Shown piece after piece: positions 18,990 through 28,963 of a DNA stretch of 64,000 nt. This DNA comes from Escherichia phage AV116. The notes under the pieces were generated by a model that saw only the letters and a list, made by a program, of their open reading frames with translations, made no database searches and had not been told where the DNA came from. The position numbers were made by a program, and so were the translations under genes. Every line of letters starts with the position of its first letter. Position 1 is the first letter of the stretch. Where the stretch lies: sequence record OR352946.1; one strand, 5' to 3'.

Positions 18990-19298
18990 TCAATCTTCTA
19001 TGATATCAGAGTCGTATCCTAATGAAATCAAGGACTTTTTAAACTCTGCAATATTCTTTTGTTTCTTATCATTTAAAAATATGACAGGATAACGAATATT
19101 AAGTGAAGTGAATCCTGCACGTTTAGCAAGAGATACGATTAAAGGACGGTCATATTCAATCTTACCATTATTAGTGAGGACTTTATAAAATGTATAAGGA
19201 GCATTGAGCTCCTTTAAAAGTTTTGTAACAGTATAACATCCTGGACAACGTCCAACTTCTTCAGGGATGCCATAAATTTCAATCTTGTTGTGTTCCAC
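18990..19298 (-). CDS. nrdH: glutaredoxin-like protein NrdH
   Basis: 102 aa with CPGC redox motif; directly downstream of nrdG as in T4. Confidence 0.8.
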   Translation of the reverse strand: MEHNKIEIYGIPEEVGRCPGCYTVTKLLKELNAPYTFYKVLTNNGKIEYDRPLIVSLAKRAGFTSLNIRYPVIFLNDKKQKNIAEFKKSLISLGYDSDIIED

Positions 19299-19300
19299 AA

Positions 19301-19513
19301 TTATTCCTTGCCAAGAACAGAATTCAGTTTATTAGTAATTTTGTCCAAACGTTCATTGAATTCGCTGGAGGATAAACCCTTTTCCGGAGAAATTAAACTA
19401 ATCACGAAAAATACACCAGTAAAAGGAATAAGAAAAATAGCTCCAACTGCCATAAACAAAAAGAACGTTACAGTTGTAAGAAAATCAGCTAAACCTTTAC
19501 GAAATTTGTACAT
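19301..19513 (-). CDS. small membrane protein
   Basis: 70 aa with a central hydrophobic segment. Confidence 0.45.
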   Translation of the reverse strand: MYKFRKGLADFLTTVTFFLFMAVGAIFLIPFTGVFFVISLISPEKGLSSSEFNERLDKITNKLNSVLGKE

Positions 19514-19623
19514 ATTTACCCTTAATTAACTAAGAATTGATAATCATTAAACTATATTGCGAATAAAATTCTGGACCAAAACGAAAAATCATATCATTTA
19601 TAGTATCCATAATGTAATTCAAT

Positions 19624-20094
19624 TTAATCATGTTTCCACACCCCATCGGTATTTGACCAAAGTCGCTGATTATCTGATCCTCGCCACAGTTTTTTGGTCG
19701 GAAGATTTTTCTCATACTTCCCATCAATAATAACATCAACATATTTAAGCATTTCTAGTTGTTTAATATCTTCAAACTTATATCCTGTCCACAACCAAAT
19801 GCTTTTATTGGGATAAAGATTTTTTACTGTTTGAACAATGCAATGAATAACATCTCGGTTATCAGGATAGAGAGGGTCACCTCCGGTTATAGTTAATCCT
19901 TCTATATAATCATTATTCAAACATTCAATTAATTGTTCTAGTGTTTCACCAGTGAATGGAATACCATTTCTAGCATTCCATGTTGATTTATTATAACACC
20001 CTTCGCATTTATGCAAACAACCTGTAACGAAAAGAACGACCCTACAACCAGGGCCATTCACAAAATCGCAAGGATAAAATCTATCATAATTCAT
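19624..20094 (-). CDS. nrdG: anaerobic ribonucleotide reductase activating protein NrdG (radical SAM)
   Basis: 156 aa; CLHKCEGCYN (CX3CX2C) near N-terminus; follows nrdD. Confidence 0.93.
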   Translation of the reverse strand: MNYDRFYPCDFVNGPGCRVVLFVTGCLHKCEGCYNKSTWNARNGIPFTGETLEQLIECLNNDYIEGLTITGGDPLYPDNRDVIHCIVQTVKNLYPNKSIWLWTGYKFEDIKQLEMLKYVDVIIDGKYEKNLPTKKLWRGSDNQRLWSNTDGVWKHD

Positions 20095-21908
20095 TGGTGT
20101 TTAACCCTATGCATGATTTCTTTATTTTTACCGAGATTAAATCCGCGTTCGTTCGGATTTCCCAAATAGCCGCATGTTCTTCTTATGGTGTTCATCTTTT
20201 TAGGATCAGTTTCTCCGCAAACTGAACAAACAAATCCATTTTCGGTAGGAGTCATTTCATGAGTACTTCCACATGTAAAACATTTATCTACTGGCATATT
20301 AACACCAAAATAATCTAAATGTTGTGCAGCATAATCCCAGACAGCCTCAAGTCCTTTTAAGTTATTTTTCATATCAGGAAGTTCAACATAAGAAATGTGA
20401 CCACCTGTCGCAATGAAATGATACGGCGCTTCACGAGAAATCTTTTCAAACGGAGTAGTATTTTCTTCTACTGAAACGTGGAAACTGTTAGTGTACCAGC
20501 CTTTATCGGTAACATCTTTTACACTTCCATATTTTTCTGTATCAAGTTTACAGAAGCGATAACAAAGGTTTTCAGCAGGAGTAGAATACAAACTAAAAGC
20601 AAAACCAGTTCTTTCAGTCCACTGTTTAAGATGAGCATTCATTTTAGTTAAAATTTCTTGTCCAATATCACGACCGACAAGAATATTCAATTCATGAATA
20701 CCGATGTATCCTAAAGACACTGAACTTCTACCGTTTTTAAATAGCTCAATTATATCGTCATCAGGTTTAAGACGAACCCCGAATGCACCTTCTTGGTAAA
20801 GAATAGGAGCAACAGTCGCTTTAACTCCTTTTAAGGAACTAATTCTACACATCAAAGCTTCAAAACACAGGTCCATTCGTTCATTGAATAATTCAACAAA
20901 TTTCTGTTCATTGAACTGTGTTCCAATATAAGAATCTAATGCGATACGAGGAAGATTCAGTGTTACAACGCCGAGATTATTACGACCGTCAAGAATTTCA
21001 TTTCCAGTTGAATCTTTCCATACGCTCAAGAAACTACGGCAACCCATCGGAGAAACTGGAACTGAAGAACCGGTAATAGCTTTATTATTCTTAACTGAAA
21101 TAATGTCAGGATACATTCTTTTGCTTGCACATTCTAACGCAAGTTGTTTAATATCATAGTTTGGATCATCTTTATAAAGATTAACACCTTCTTCAAAAAA
21201 CATAACAAGCTTAGGGAAAATAGGAGTTATTCCATCACGTCCAAGGCCTTTAATGCGGTTTTTAAGAATTGCCTTCTGAATCATTCGTTCAGTCCAGTCA
21301 GTTCCCGTACCAAATGTAATTGTCACAAAAGGCGTTTGTCCGTTTGAACTAAAGAGAGTGTTTACTTCATATTCATAAGCTTGGAATGCATCGTATACGT
21401 CTTTTTCTGTTTTAGATTGAGCATAATTCAGAATGTCTGGTATTTGCCATTTTTCTGCATCTTCAACATGTTTAGCGTATGTGCGTTTAACATAAGGAGA
21501 AAGAACTTTATCGACATTCGCAAATGTAGTTCCGCCATACTGGTGTGAAGCAACTTGTGCAGTAATTTGTGCCATAATTGCAGTAGCAACGCCAATAGAT
21601 TTAGGCGTTTCAATTTGAGCATTGCCTAATTTAAATCCATTCTCAAGCATTCCTTTTAAATCTACTAAACAGCAATTAGTAAAAGGCAATGATATACTAT
21701 AATCTAAATCGTGAAAATGAATTAATCCGACATTATGAGCATTTACAATATGGCTCGGAAGAATACTACAAGCGATATGTTTAGAAACAATACCGGCCAT
21801 TAAATCTCTTTTTGTTGGAAAGACACGAGAATCTTTGTTGGCATTTTCGGTATTTAATTCTTTATCTTTATTTGAAATAAAATTTAAAACATCTTTCTCT
21901 AAAGACAT
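20091..21908 (-). CDS. nrdD: anaerobic ribonucleoside-triphosphate reductase NrdD
   Basis: 605 aa, uninterrupted; C-terminal zinc-ribbon cysteines and glycyl-radical region. Confidence 0.95.
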   Translation of the reverse strand: MSLEKDVLNFISNKDKELNTENANKDSRVFPTKRDLMAGIVSKHIACSILPSHIVNAHNVGLIHFHDLDYSISLPFTNCCLVDLKGMLENGFKLGNAQIETPKSIGVATAIMAQITAQVASHQYGGTTFANVDKVLSPYVKRTYAKHVEDAEKWQIPDILNYAQSKTEKDVYDAFQAYEYEVNTLFSSNGQTPFVTITFGTGTDWTERMIQKAILKNRIKGLGRDGITPIFPKLVMFFEEGVNLYKDDPNYDIKQLALECASKRMYPDIISVKNNKAITGSSVPVSPMGCRSFLSVWKDSTGNEILDGRNNLGVVTLNLPRIALDSYIGTQFNEQKFVELFNERMDLCFEALMCRISSLKGVKATVAPILYQEGAFGVRLKPDDDIIELFKNGRSSVSLGYIGIHELNILVGRDIGQEILTKMNAHLKQWTERTGFAFSLYSTPAENLCYRFCKLDTEKYGSVKDVTDKGWYTNSFHVSVEENTTPFEKISREAPYHFIATGGHISYVELPDMKNNLKGLEAVWDYAAQHLDYFGVNMPVDKCFTCGSTHEMTPTENGFVCSVCGETDPKKMNTIRRTCGYLGNPNERGFNLGKNKEIMHRVKHQ

Positions 21909-22720
21909 AATTCTAATTTATCCTTTTGAAATTCTTCGTCTAAATATGGGTTCCAACCCATTTTAAACCTTTTGATGAAATTATCAATTCTAAATTTCGG
22001 TAAATTTAACTCCGCAAAAATAGATGATTTACTTTTAAAATCTGGACCTAAATAATCATATAAAATTTCTGCGTATTTTAACCATAATATATAAGTACCA
22101 GATTTAATTGCGTTCGGAGTTTTCCAAGGTTTTACACCATACATCGGATTTCCACTTCCTTTATGCCTGATAGAAGATGAAATTCCAATTTTAATTTTAG
22201 CTTCCTTTGTATGCGAAAATCCACGATGCGGATTTTCTTTCCAGTATTTTTTAGCAGCTTCTGATATTTTCTTTCTGGCTAAATTAGTATGATGCTTTCC
22301 ATAAAATCCATGATTTTTGCCTTTATTACGATTTCTTTTAATCATGGTTATTGATTGCTTTTCTCTAGTTTCTTTAGAAGGAGAAATACCATATGTCGTA
22401 AATTTGCCATCAGCATATGCTAAATTAAAATACTCTTTATTCCATACATCTTTTTCTATATTCTTTTGAAATTCAGCTTCAATGCTAGTTATTTGTTCAT
22501 CTCCGACTAATTGAAAATATAATATTTCAACTTTCGGCGTTTCTTTCAATAAGGCTTTTTGAAATTCGGAAGATGACGAAGACGAATAATAAAATTTACC
22601 ATTTTTATCAATAATATTCGTTCCATCAAAAGTGCAATTGGTTTTACTTCCAATGTAATAATATGGTGGGGTTTTAGCATTAATTCTATTAATAAATGAT
22701 AGTTTATATACTACATTCAT
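21899..22720 (-). CDS. GIY-YIG homing endonuclease, free-standing
   Basis: VYKLSF...YYYIGSK motif and NUMOD-like NHGFYGKHHT; N-terminus resembles the endonuclease at 10018..10917. Confidence 0.7.
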   Translation of the reverse strand: MNVVYKLSFINRINAKTPPYYYIGSKTNCTFDGTNIIDKNGKFYYSSSSSSEFQKALLKETPKVEILYFQLVGDEQITSIEAEFQKNIEKDVWNKEYFNLAYADGKFTTYGISPSKETREKQSITMIKRNRNKGKNHGFYGKHHTNLARKKISEAAKKYWKENPHRGFSHTKEAKIKIGISSSIRHKGSGNPMYGVKPWKTPNAIKSGTYILWLKYAEILYDYLGPDFKSKSSIFAELNLPKFRIDNFIKRFKMGWNPYLDEEFQKDKLELCL

Positions 22721-23190
22721 TTTAAACTCTTTCTAAGCTGCTTTTTGAATGAAGCTATTAATTGTGTTTTAGTATCAGATTCAGTATATTCAAATCCTCT
22801 TTGAAGCATCTCAGCCATCATTTCCTCTTTACCTAGTCTTGAGAACTCTTTAGTTTTGTCTGGAACAAAATTAGGATGGATATTATTATCAGAATAATCT
22901 TGTTTCAAATAAGCAAGAAGAGCTTCAAGCCATTCTAAGTAGTCAACGTTTTGACCTTTCAAACCGGAACGGTTGAACTTATGCTTCATTTGACCTTCTG
23001 CTGCGTTGCACAGATTACAGAGTAATCCACGAACTCTACCGGCTTTTGGCCCGTTTAATTCATGGTCGTGGTCAAGATGGTTACCTTGAACATCAGGGTC
23101 TAATTCACGGTGGCAAATAGGACACTTACCGTTCTGTGCATCATAAAATTTTTGTTTTTCTTCTTTATATTTTGCGCCTGATAATAACAT
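22717..23190 (-). CDS. 49: recombination endonuclease VII gp49
   Basis: 157 aa; strong match to T4 endo VII (CPICHREL...HLDHDH...LLCNLCN). Confidence 0.93.
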   Translation of the reverse strand: MLLSGAKYKEEKQKFYDAQNGKCPICHRELDPDVQGNHLDHDHELNGPKAGRVRGLLCNLCNAAEGQMKHKFNRSGLKGQNVDYLEWLEALLAYLKQDYSDNNIHPNFVPDKTKEFSRLGKEEMMAEMLQRGFEYTESDTKTQLIASFKKQLRKSLK

Positions 23191-23219
23191 GATAAACCCT
23201 TACCTTAAATAGATAAGGG

Positions 23220-23227
23220 TATTTATA
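23220..23227 (-). promoter_or_regulatory. T4 late promoter TATAAATA upstream of gene 49
   Basis: Plus-strand tatttata is TATAAATA on the minus strand, about 30 bp upstream of the gene 49 ATG. Confidence 0.6.
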
Positions 23228-23229
23228 AT

Positions 23230-23427
23230 TTAGTAAACGTTATAAAAGTTACGATGAGAACGTTTAGCTTTGCGAAGCTGACGTTTAGTTGGTCGAACCG
23301 TAAATGGTCGTCCGGAGAAAAAATTCGGATCGGTTTTAATAAGCAAATACCAATCATGCTTGCCATTTTTTAATAAACGGTACAATAATTTAACTTGCAT
23401 AATAATCTCTTCCCATTTCCAAATCAA
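23230..23427 (-). CDS. hypothetical protein
   Basis: 65-aa basic ORF. Confidence 0.35.
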   Translation of the reverse strand: MIWKWEEIIMQVKLLYRLLKNGKHDWYLLIKTDPNFFSGRPFTVRPTKRQLRKAKRSHRNFYNVY

Positions 23428-23528
23428 TCATATCGTTTACTGTAGGTTCATCATAACACGTTTCTTCGTCGTTGTAAACTGTTTCGACGTCTGGCTCGAC
23501 AGTTTCCCATCGAGCCGAATACCATGGT

Positions 23529-23864
23529 TTAACCCCGGAGTTTATTGAGCTCTTCATAATCAATCCAGGATTCTAGCCCTGACGGCAGGTCACATTCAAT
23601 GTTCCACAGAAGCTCTTCAATGGCTTGCAGGCGATTATATTCTTCAACGGTAATGGTAACCATTGGTTTTGGCTTTTTAACCATCATGTCATTCATCAGA
23701 ACGTACAGGTCTTCACAAACAGCCGGGTCGTCCCATGTCCATACTTCAGCATCTCGAACCAATGAAGTCGGAATCGAATTTAAAACTTCAAGCTTAGTAG
23801 GAGCATCAGGGCCGAGAAGAGTTGCTACAAATTTATATGCTTTGGCGAAATCAATATCGTTCAT
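23529..23864 (-). CDS. hypothetical protein
   Basis: 111-aa acidic ORF immediately downstream of nrdC. Confidence 0.5.
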   Translation of the reverse strand: MNDIDFAKAYKFVATLLGPDAPTKLEVLNSIPTSLVRDAEVWTWDDPAVCEDLYVLMNDMMVKKPKPMVTITVEEYNRLQAIEELLWNIECDLPSGLESWIDYEELNKLRG

Positions 23865-24124
23865 TTAAAATATTCTCGCAGTTGGTCAAATCCACCAATG
23901 TGACTTCCGTCAGGAGCAAACACTTGAGGCATAGTCAATCCAACTTGTGATTCGCGTCCAAGCTTAACAAGAAGCTCAGTAATTTTCTCATCGTCGAACA
24001 CACCTTTTTCTGGCATAACATTAATGAATTCGAACGGCTGTTTCTTAACAGTCAGCAATCGTTTCGCATTATCACAATAAATGCATTTATGAATAGTAGA
24101 GTCATACCCGTACACTTTAAACAT
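23861..24124 (-). CDS. nrdC: thioredoxin/glutaredoxin NrdC
   Basis: MFKVYGYDS.IHKC.YCDNAKRLLTVKKQPFEFIN matches T4 NrdC; start set at internal Met by homology. Confidence 0.9.
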   Translation of the reverse strand: MFKVYGYDSTIHKCIYCDNAKRLLTVKKQPFEFINVMPEKGVFDDEKITELLVKLGRESQVGLTMPQVFAPDGSHIGGFDQLREYFK

Positions 24125-24530
24125 TATTTTTCCTTTCATCGATTAAATATGCAACGCCAAATACAATACATGTAATAAAACCTGTGATACAGATAGAAAC
24201 CAACAACACCGTACCAAAGAACCAAATCAAGTTATCTTTAGTAGTTTGTTTGATATCCATCTCACGAATTTCTATAGCTATCGTATCACCTTTATTCAGA
24301 AGCGTATAAAACGAAGGTGATACATGCCTGTCAAAAACTCGTCCTTGCTCATCTTTATAGACTGCAATAAATTCTAATTTAGAATATTTTCCTGTAGATT
24401 GACCTGAAATTAATTCCACTACCTCCACAGGAATTACTTTAGTTTCCATGTAAGTATTCTGGCTGTTCCAAATGAATGGAATGATGGCAAAAACTAAAGC
24501 TGCGATAAAACAACGAAGGCTATATCTCAT
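24117..24530 (-). CDS. membrane protein
   Basis: 137 aa; N-terminal and C-terminal hydrophobic helices. Confidence 0.5.
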   Translation of the reverse strand: MRYSLRCFIAALVFAIIPFIWNSQNTYMETKVIPVEVVELISGQSTGKYSKLEFIAVYKDEQGRVFDRHVSPSFYTLLNKGDTIAIEIREMDIKQTTKDNLIWFFGTVLLVSICITGFITCIVFGVAYLIDERKNNV

Positions 24531-24835
24531 TATAATGTTCTCTCAAATTTGTGGAAGCATTTACGGCATTTCAATTTCAAGTTATCGGTGGTCCAGTTAA
24601 CCAGTTGGACTTGGATAGTTCCACATTCCGGGCATGGATGTTTTGCTGCCGATTTGGCAGCATTTTCACGTCGTTCAACCATTTTCATGATTTCGTTCCA
24701 TGCCGGAGGAACGAACTCTTCTTCACCGTGGATTTTATCTTGCTGAACAAATTCAATATTTGAACTATCGTCAATAAACTTAACCAAGCGGTGATTAGTG
24801 TTCATATCAATATCCTCTAAAAGACGTAGTTTCAT
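24530..24835 (-). CDS. zinc-ribbon protein
   Basis: 101 aa; CPECG...CRKC four-cysteine motif. Confidence 0.5.
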   Translation of the reverse strand: MKLRLLEDIDMNTNHRLVKFIDDSSNIEFVQQDKIHGEEEFVPPAWNEIMKMVERRENAAKSAAKHPCPECGTIQVQLVNWTTDNLKLKCRKCFHKFERTL

Positions 24836-25785
24836 TATAAAACCTCAATGGCATTTCGTAAACCATCCGCTTTCGCATTCAGAGCTTTTAACGATTTAGT
24901 TTGTTCTGCAATCTGGGCTTCGACTTCTTTAAGACGAGATTTGAGATATTCGCGTTCTTCTCTTAAGTTATCAACTTTTTCTGCTTTAGGTTCTTTAATA
25001 GTCTTAAGTTTATACCCGTTAGGGGACTTCAGCTTAATTCGGGTACGAGAACTGTATAACATTGAACCGTTATCTTCGGATTCGTCGAACGTTTCAACAA
25101 CATCCATAGTCTCTAACAATGTAATAAGTTTATAAGACAACGAACGAACGGTTTTGTTATGCTTATTAATTTCTTCGGCTTTCATGGTACCGAGATTACG
25201 TGAGTAGTAATAAGGAACCTGGATATCAATTGACAATGATGCGTTACCATTACCAGTTGGTTTGAATACTGCAGTAACCCAATCTTTAACATGAACTTTA
25301 TTTGTACGACCATCACCGCCTGTGAATAATTTACGAGAATGTTTAAAAAGCATATTCACTTGGTTATTGAATTCACAAGCAAATTTATCAGCAAATTTAG
25401 TTTCAGGAATGGTAGATAACCAATCAGCTAAATGAGTCTTTTTAACATCGTTAATAATAGTAAATTCAACCAAATCGGTTTTAGATGTCACAGATTTAAT
25501 AAAGCTCGGCTTCATAAAGTTTTTAATGTTATCGCGAGCTACAGTAGAAGATAATAAACGAGAACGTTTGAACCATTGAAGCAGTGTCCCTAATGATTGA
25601 GAATACGCATTCTGAGTATCTTTACAGATATGATTTTCTTGGCCTGTGTATGTACCAAAATCGCGAAGAATACCACTTACTACATCTCGGTGTGGAACAT
25701 CAAATCCTAGTGCACCAGAAGCGCGCTGAGCATGAATGTTAGCGATAAGACCGGCAAAGTATTCAATGTAATGTGAACGTGTCAT
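24835..25785 (-). CDS. hypothetical protein with C-terminal coiled coil
   Basis: 316-aa ORF. Confidence 0.55.
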   Translation of the reverse strand: MTRSHYIEYFAGLIANIHAQRASGALGFDVPHRDVVSGILRDFGTYTGQENHICKDTQNAYSQSLGTLLQWFKRSRLLSSTVARDNIKNFMKPSFIKSVTSKTDLVEFTIINDVKKTHLADWLSTIPETKFADKFACEFNNQVNMLFKHSRKLFTGGDGRTNKVHVKDWVTAVFKPTGNGNASLSIDIQVPYYYSRNLGTMKAEEINKHNKTVRSLSYKLITLLETMDVVETFDESEDNGSMLYSSRTRIKLKSPNGYKLKTIKEPKAEKVDNLREEREYLKSRLKEVEAQIAEQTKSLKALNAKADGLRNAIEVL

Positions 25786-25842
25786 AATATTTTCCTCTCG
25801 TTAAGATAGAAAGATTATACTCCAACCATCCTTGGTTGTACA

Positions 25843-26838
25843 TCATTCCTTAAGAAGTTTTACTACCTGAATAAGATTAGCTCGTTCTGTTTTATTTTTA
25901 CCGTTTAAGCCTGCTAATCGTGAGATTTCATCGTCAGTCTGTTGAATAGTTACATTAAGTTCGTTAATCAAAGCTTCAAAGTATTTGATTTGCTCAGCAT
26001 GTTTTGATTCAAATTTCTGAACCGGATTAACGTATTGATTCAGTTCATCAATAAGGTCTTTAAGAGCATCTTCTTGGTTGATATCATATTCAACTTCTTT
26101 TATTTCTTCAACAAGCTCGTCTTTATATCTAACGTCTTTTAGTCCTAGTGCTGGTCCTGAAATCTCTTCTTTAAGAGTACAAACATATCCAATACGGTAT
26201 CCAATGCCGTCTCGCTTGATATCAACTTCGTCGATAAATCCACAATGTTTAAGACCAGAGCCGATTAGGTTAAAATATCCTTGACGTCTTCCTTCAAACG
26301 TTACACGAACTACTAAGACGGTTTTGCCACCGACCTTTTGAAGCTCACATTTATAAAAGTCAGTTGAACCTGAATAACGTGGATGAGTTTTAAAGTTCAT
26401 CTGACGATCTAGACCCATTTGTAAGCGTGCTGATACGGCCAGAAAACGTGTTTGGTTCTCGTTAAGATGAGCAACAATCCATTTCAAAGGCATTTTACCC
26501 TGTTCACGACCGAACAAATCAGTACGTCCTAAATTACGCAGGATATTGTTAGAGTTAATCATCGACAGAACGTTAAGTTTATTCAGCGCGCTGAAGATTC
26601 CATCGGCCATTGATTTTCCGTAACCTTTACACGCTTTAATAAGCGCTCGCGGTAGATTAGTATAGATTTCAGATGGCATATGAAAATCAAATTTACTAGT
26701 CAGTAATTGATGAACTTGGATAGCAATTTGCTCATAATTAAGTGCTCTGCGATCGTTATGGTCTTTAAACCACACTTTAATCTGTGAAGCACATAAACCG
26801 TTAATTTCATGTTTTACCGCATCAGATGTAATGCTCAT
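25843..26838 (-). CDS. hypothetical protein with C-terminal coiled coil
   Basis: 331-aa ORF. Confidence 0.55.
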   Translation of the reverse strand: MSITSDAVKHEINGLCASQIKVWFKDHNDRRALNYEQIAIQVHQLLTSKFDFHMPSEIYTNLPRALIKACKGYGKSMADGIFSALNKLNVLSMINSNNILRNLGRTDLFGREQGKMPLKWIVAHLNENQTRFLAVSARLQMGLDRQMNFKTHPRYSGSTDFYKCELQKVGGKTVLVVRVTFEGRRQGYFNLIGSGLKHCGFIDEVDIKRDGIGYRIGYVCTLKEEISGPALGLKDVRYKDELVEEIKEVEYDINQEDALKDLIDELNQYVNPVQKFESKHAEQIKYFEALINELNVTIQQTDDEISRLAGLNGKNKTERANLIQVVKLLKE

Positions 26839-26900
26839 AACTATTTCCTCAGATTGAATTGGAACTCAAAACCATTATAACCCGTCCTTGGGTAAAGCGT

Positions 26901-27428
26901 TTATGCGTGAACCGTCTTTAAACGTTCTTCAAATTTCCGAAGAGTACTAATACGTTCTGCTTTCTGTTTTGTATAGTTTGCAATACGTTCTGAAGTGAGA
27001 GCGTATCGTTCGTTTACTGTTTCTTTCATGAAGTCAGGGATTTCACGAGAAGCTTTAATTTCATCAAACTTATCGAGTACTGCCTGGTCTTCAGCAATTA
27101 AATTTTCGTACATCTCGATATCTTTCTTGATGAAGTCGATATCTTCCTGGGTTACTTTGGATAAACGAGATGCTTTATCCTTTTTGTACTGCTCGTTAGT
27201 TTCACGAGACCAGAATAATGTACGTTTTTTGTTAGTGTTTTTGTAGACTTCCACAATTCCAACTGAATCGATGATAACAATCCAATTCCAGCGAGATTTG
27301 AAAATCTGACCTCCGTCCACGGTAATCTCGTTACCATAAGCAATGTCATTAAAGAACTTGCTTTGTGCTTCAGATTTAAATTTACCGTCGTTATAATTTA
27401 CCAGGTTGAAAATATCTTTAGCGTTCAT
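26901..27428 (-). CDS. hypothetical protein
   Basis: 175-aa ORF preceded by GGAGG and an early-type promoter. Confidence 0.55.
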   Translation of the reverse strand: MNAKDIFNLVNYNDGKFKSEAQSKFFNDIAYGNEITVDGGQIFKSRWNWIVIIDSVGIVEVYKNTNKKRTLFWSRETNEQYKKDKASRLSKVTQEDIDFIKKDIEMYENLIAEDQAVLDKFDEIKASREIPDFMKETVNERYALTSERIANYTKQKAERISTLRKFEERLKTVHA

Positions 27429-27455
27429 GTTTTACCTCCAGTAGTTGATAGGTCT

Positions 27456-27484
27456 ATAATAACATAACCATAGACCTTGTAAAC
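27456..27484 (-). promoter_or_regulatory. T4 early-type promoter (GTTTAC ... TATTAT)
   Basis: Minus strand GTTTACAAGGTCTATGGTTATGTTATTATAGACC upstream of the ORF at 27428. Confidence 0.5.
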
Positions 27485-27486
27485 AA

Positions 27487-27774
27487 CTAAAAGAAACTTT
27501 TTTCGGTATTTTTTCCACTGAACCAAACCGACTTCGGGATTTTTTGTAATTTTTCAGATTTAAGTTTCTCTTCCTGCTCTTTCTTATATACACCCTTGTC
27601 GTACTGGAGCATCTCTATGGCATTCTTTTGCAAACAATCTAAGGTAATTAAGGCTTTAGTTTTTCCTTTCAAGGAAGAGTCCTGGCGAACCTCCTCGCTA
27701 TATTGCATCGTAGAACTAACCATACGATGAGCATAGAGTTCGACTGCTGCTTTAATTTTTTGCATAAAATCCAT
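27487..27774 (-). CDS. hypothetical protein (frame ambiguous with 27669..27875)
   Basis: 95-aa ORF; overlaps another 68-aa ORF in a different frame. Confidence 0.35.
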   Translation of the reverse strand: MDFMQKIKAAVELYAHRMVSSTMQYSEEVRQDSSLKGKTKALITLDCLQKNAIEMLQYDKGVYKKEQEEKLKSEKLQKIPKSVWFSGKNTEKSFF

Positions 27775-27912
27775 AACATATCCTCTTTGATTTGTACATC
27801 ATTATTTTTAAATATTTCTATGCCCTCAGTAGGTTCCTGGTGTCCTTCTTTGAGGTAAGCCATATGATTATTCATCTTTATGGCTTTTGTTACCTCAGAA
27901 CTTCCTATAAGC

Positions 27913-28905
27913 TTATTTCAGTAAAGTTACTTCGGAGATTTCTTCCCAACCATCTTTATCAGTTGAAATAAAATCTGCTACATAAAGAGCCGTACGTAAT
28001 GATACATTGCGAAGACGAGATACGTTAGCCTTCATCCAGGACAATGCTTTATACGTTTCTGCATCCGTCAGACCACGTTTCTGCATCATGTCAGTAGATA
28101 ATATTACATCTTCAACTCGAACCATAATCTCTTCATTAGAGTGTACTCCAAGGTCGAGATACACTGAACGAGATACTAAAGCTTGAAGGTGTGGAGCAAG
28201 TTTCGAACCGCGTTCTAACTCTTTATCGATATCAACGTTTGTAATGAAAACGATAGTACCTTCAAACTCAAATTCTTTATCAATACCCTTATCATCGAGA
28301 TAAGATGACGCAGTGCTCCAACAAACTTTGCGTTTATCTCCGGTATCTAATGCTGCTTTAAGAAGATTCAAGATGTCCATATCTGAGAATACGTCAACGT
28401 CGTCGATTAAGAGAACGCTGTCTGCATCACGGTTGAGCCAAAGTTGTTCGTAAAGGCCAATACCAGAGATTTTACCATTAATACTTTTGTATTTGATGAA
28501 ACCATTATCATTAGCATTATTAAGTGCTTTATCCAGAGAATACGTCTTACCAATACCTGCTGCACCTGAAATAATGAGTGAACGAATTTTGCCATCAATA
28601 ATGCCATTCGTCATCATGTTCATTACTTTAAAGCGTTTGTTGATACGAGTTTTCATATCTTCAGTGCTTTCAGCAACTGCAACTGGTGATGTCTCAACTC
28701 CTTCCATTACGATGTCTGATTTGAAGACCCATACTCCACGTTCAGAACCATCAATCATAACGAAAATTTTACCATCACCTAAGTGGGAACATTCAGGATT
28801 AAGCTTTGCCGGGAACCAGGTCTTTGTGGCAACATAAGAACCAGAGATTTCGTTATTACGATAGATACCTTTTTTGATTTGAACGTTGAACATTTTATTC
28901 TCCAA
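27913..28905 (-). CDS. P-loop NTPase
   Basis: 330 aa; Walker A SGAAGIGKTY and Walker B LLIDDVD. Confidence 0.6.
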   Translation of the reverse strand: MENKMFNVQIKKGIYRNNEISGSYVATKTWFPAKLNPECSHLGDGKIFVMIDGSERGVWVFKSDIVMEGVETSPVAVAESTEDMKTRINKRFKVMNMMTNGIIDGKIRSLIISGAAGIGKTYSLDKALNNANDNGFIKYKSINGKISGIGLYEQLWLNRDADSVLLIDDVDVFSDMDILNLLKAALDTGDKRKVCWSTASSYLDDKGIDKEFEFEGTIVFITNVDIDKELERGSKLAPHLQALVSRSVYLDLGVHSNEEIMVRVEDVILSTDMMQKRGLTDAETYKALSWMKANVSRLRNVSLRTALYVADFISTDKDGWEEISEVTLLK

Positions 28906-28932
28906 ATTTACTCATTTCGTTTCGATAGGTCT

Positions 28933-28961
28933 ATAATAACATGTTTAAAGCAAAAGTAAAC
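28933..28961 (-). promoter_or_regulatory. T4 early-type promoter
   Basis: GTTTAC and TATTAT elements upstream of the ATPase gene start at 28905. Confidence 0.45.
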
Positions 28962-28963
28962 AA

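Noticed and set aside
19530-19742. 70-aa minus-strand ORF overlapping the nrdG 3' end
   Set aside because: Most of it overlaps nrdG in another frame; the non-overlapping remainder would encode only ~24 aa.
20091-21908. Group I intron in nrdD (as in T4)
   Set aside because: The nrdD reading frame is continuous over 605 codons with no interruption, so there is no evidence for an intron in this phage.
27669-27875. 68-aa ORF overlapping 27487..27774 in a different frame
   Set aside because: Cannot decide between the two frames from sequence alone; only the longer ORF is listed, at low confidence. A sequencing frameshift or programmed frameshift is possible but unsupported.
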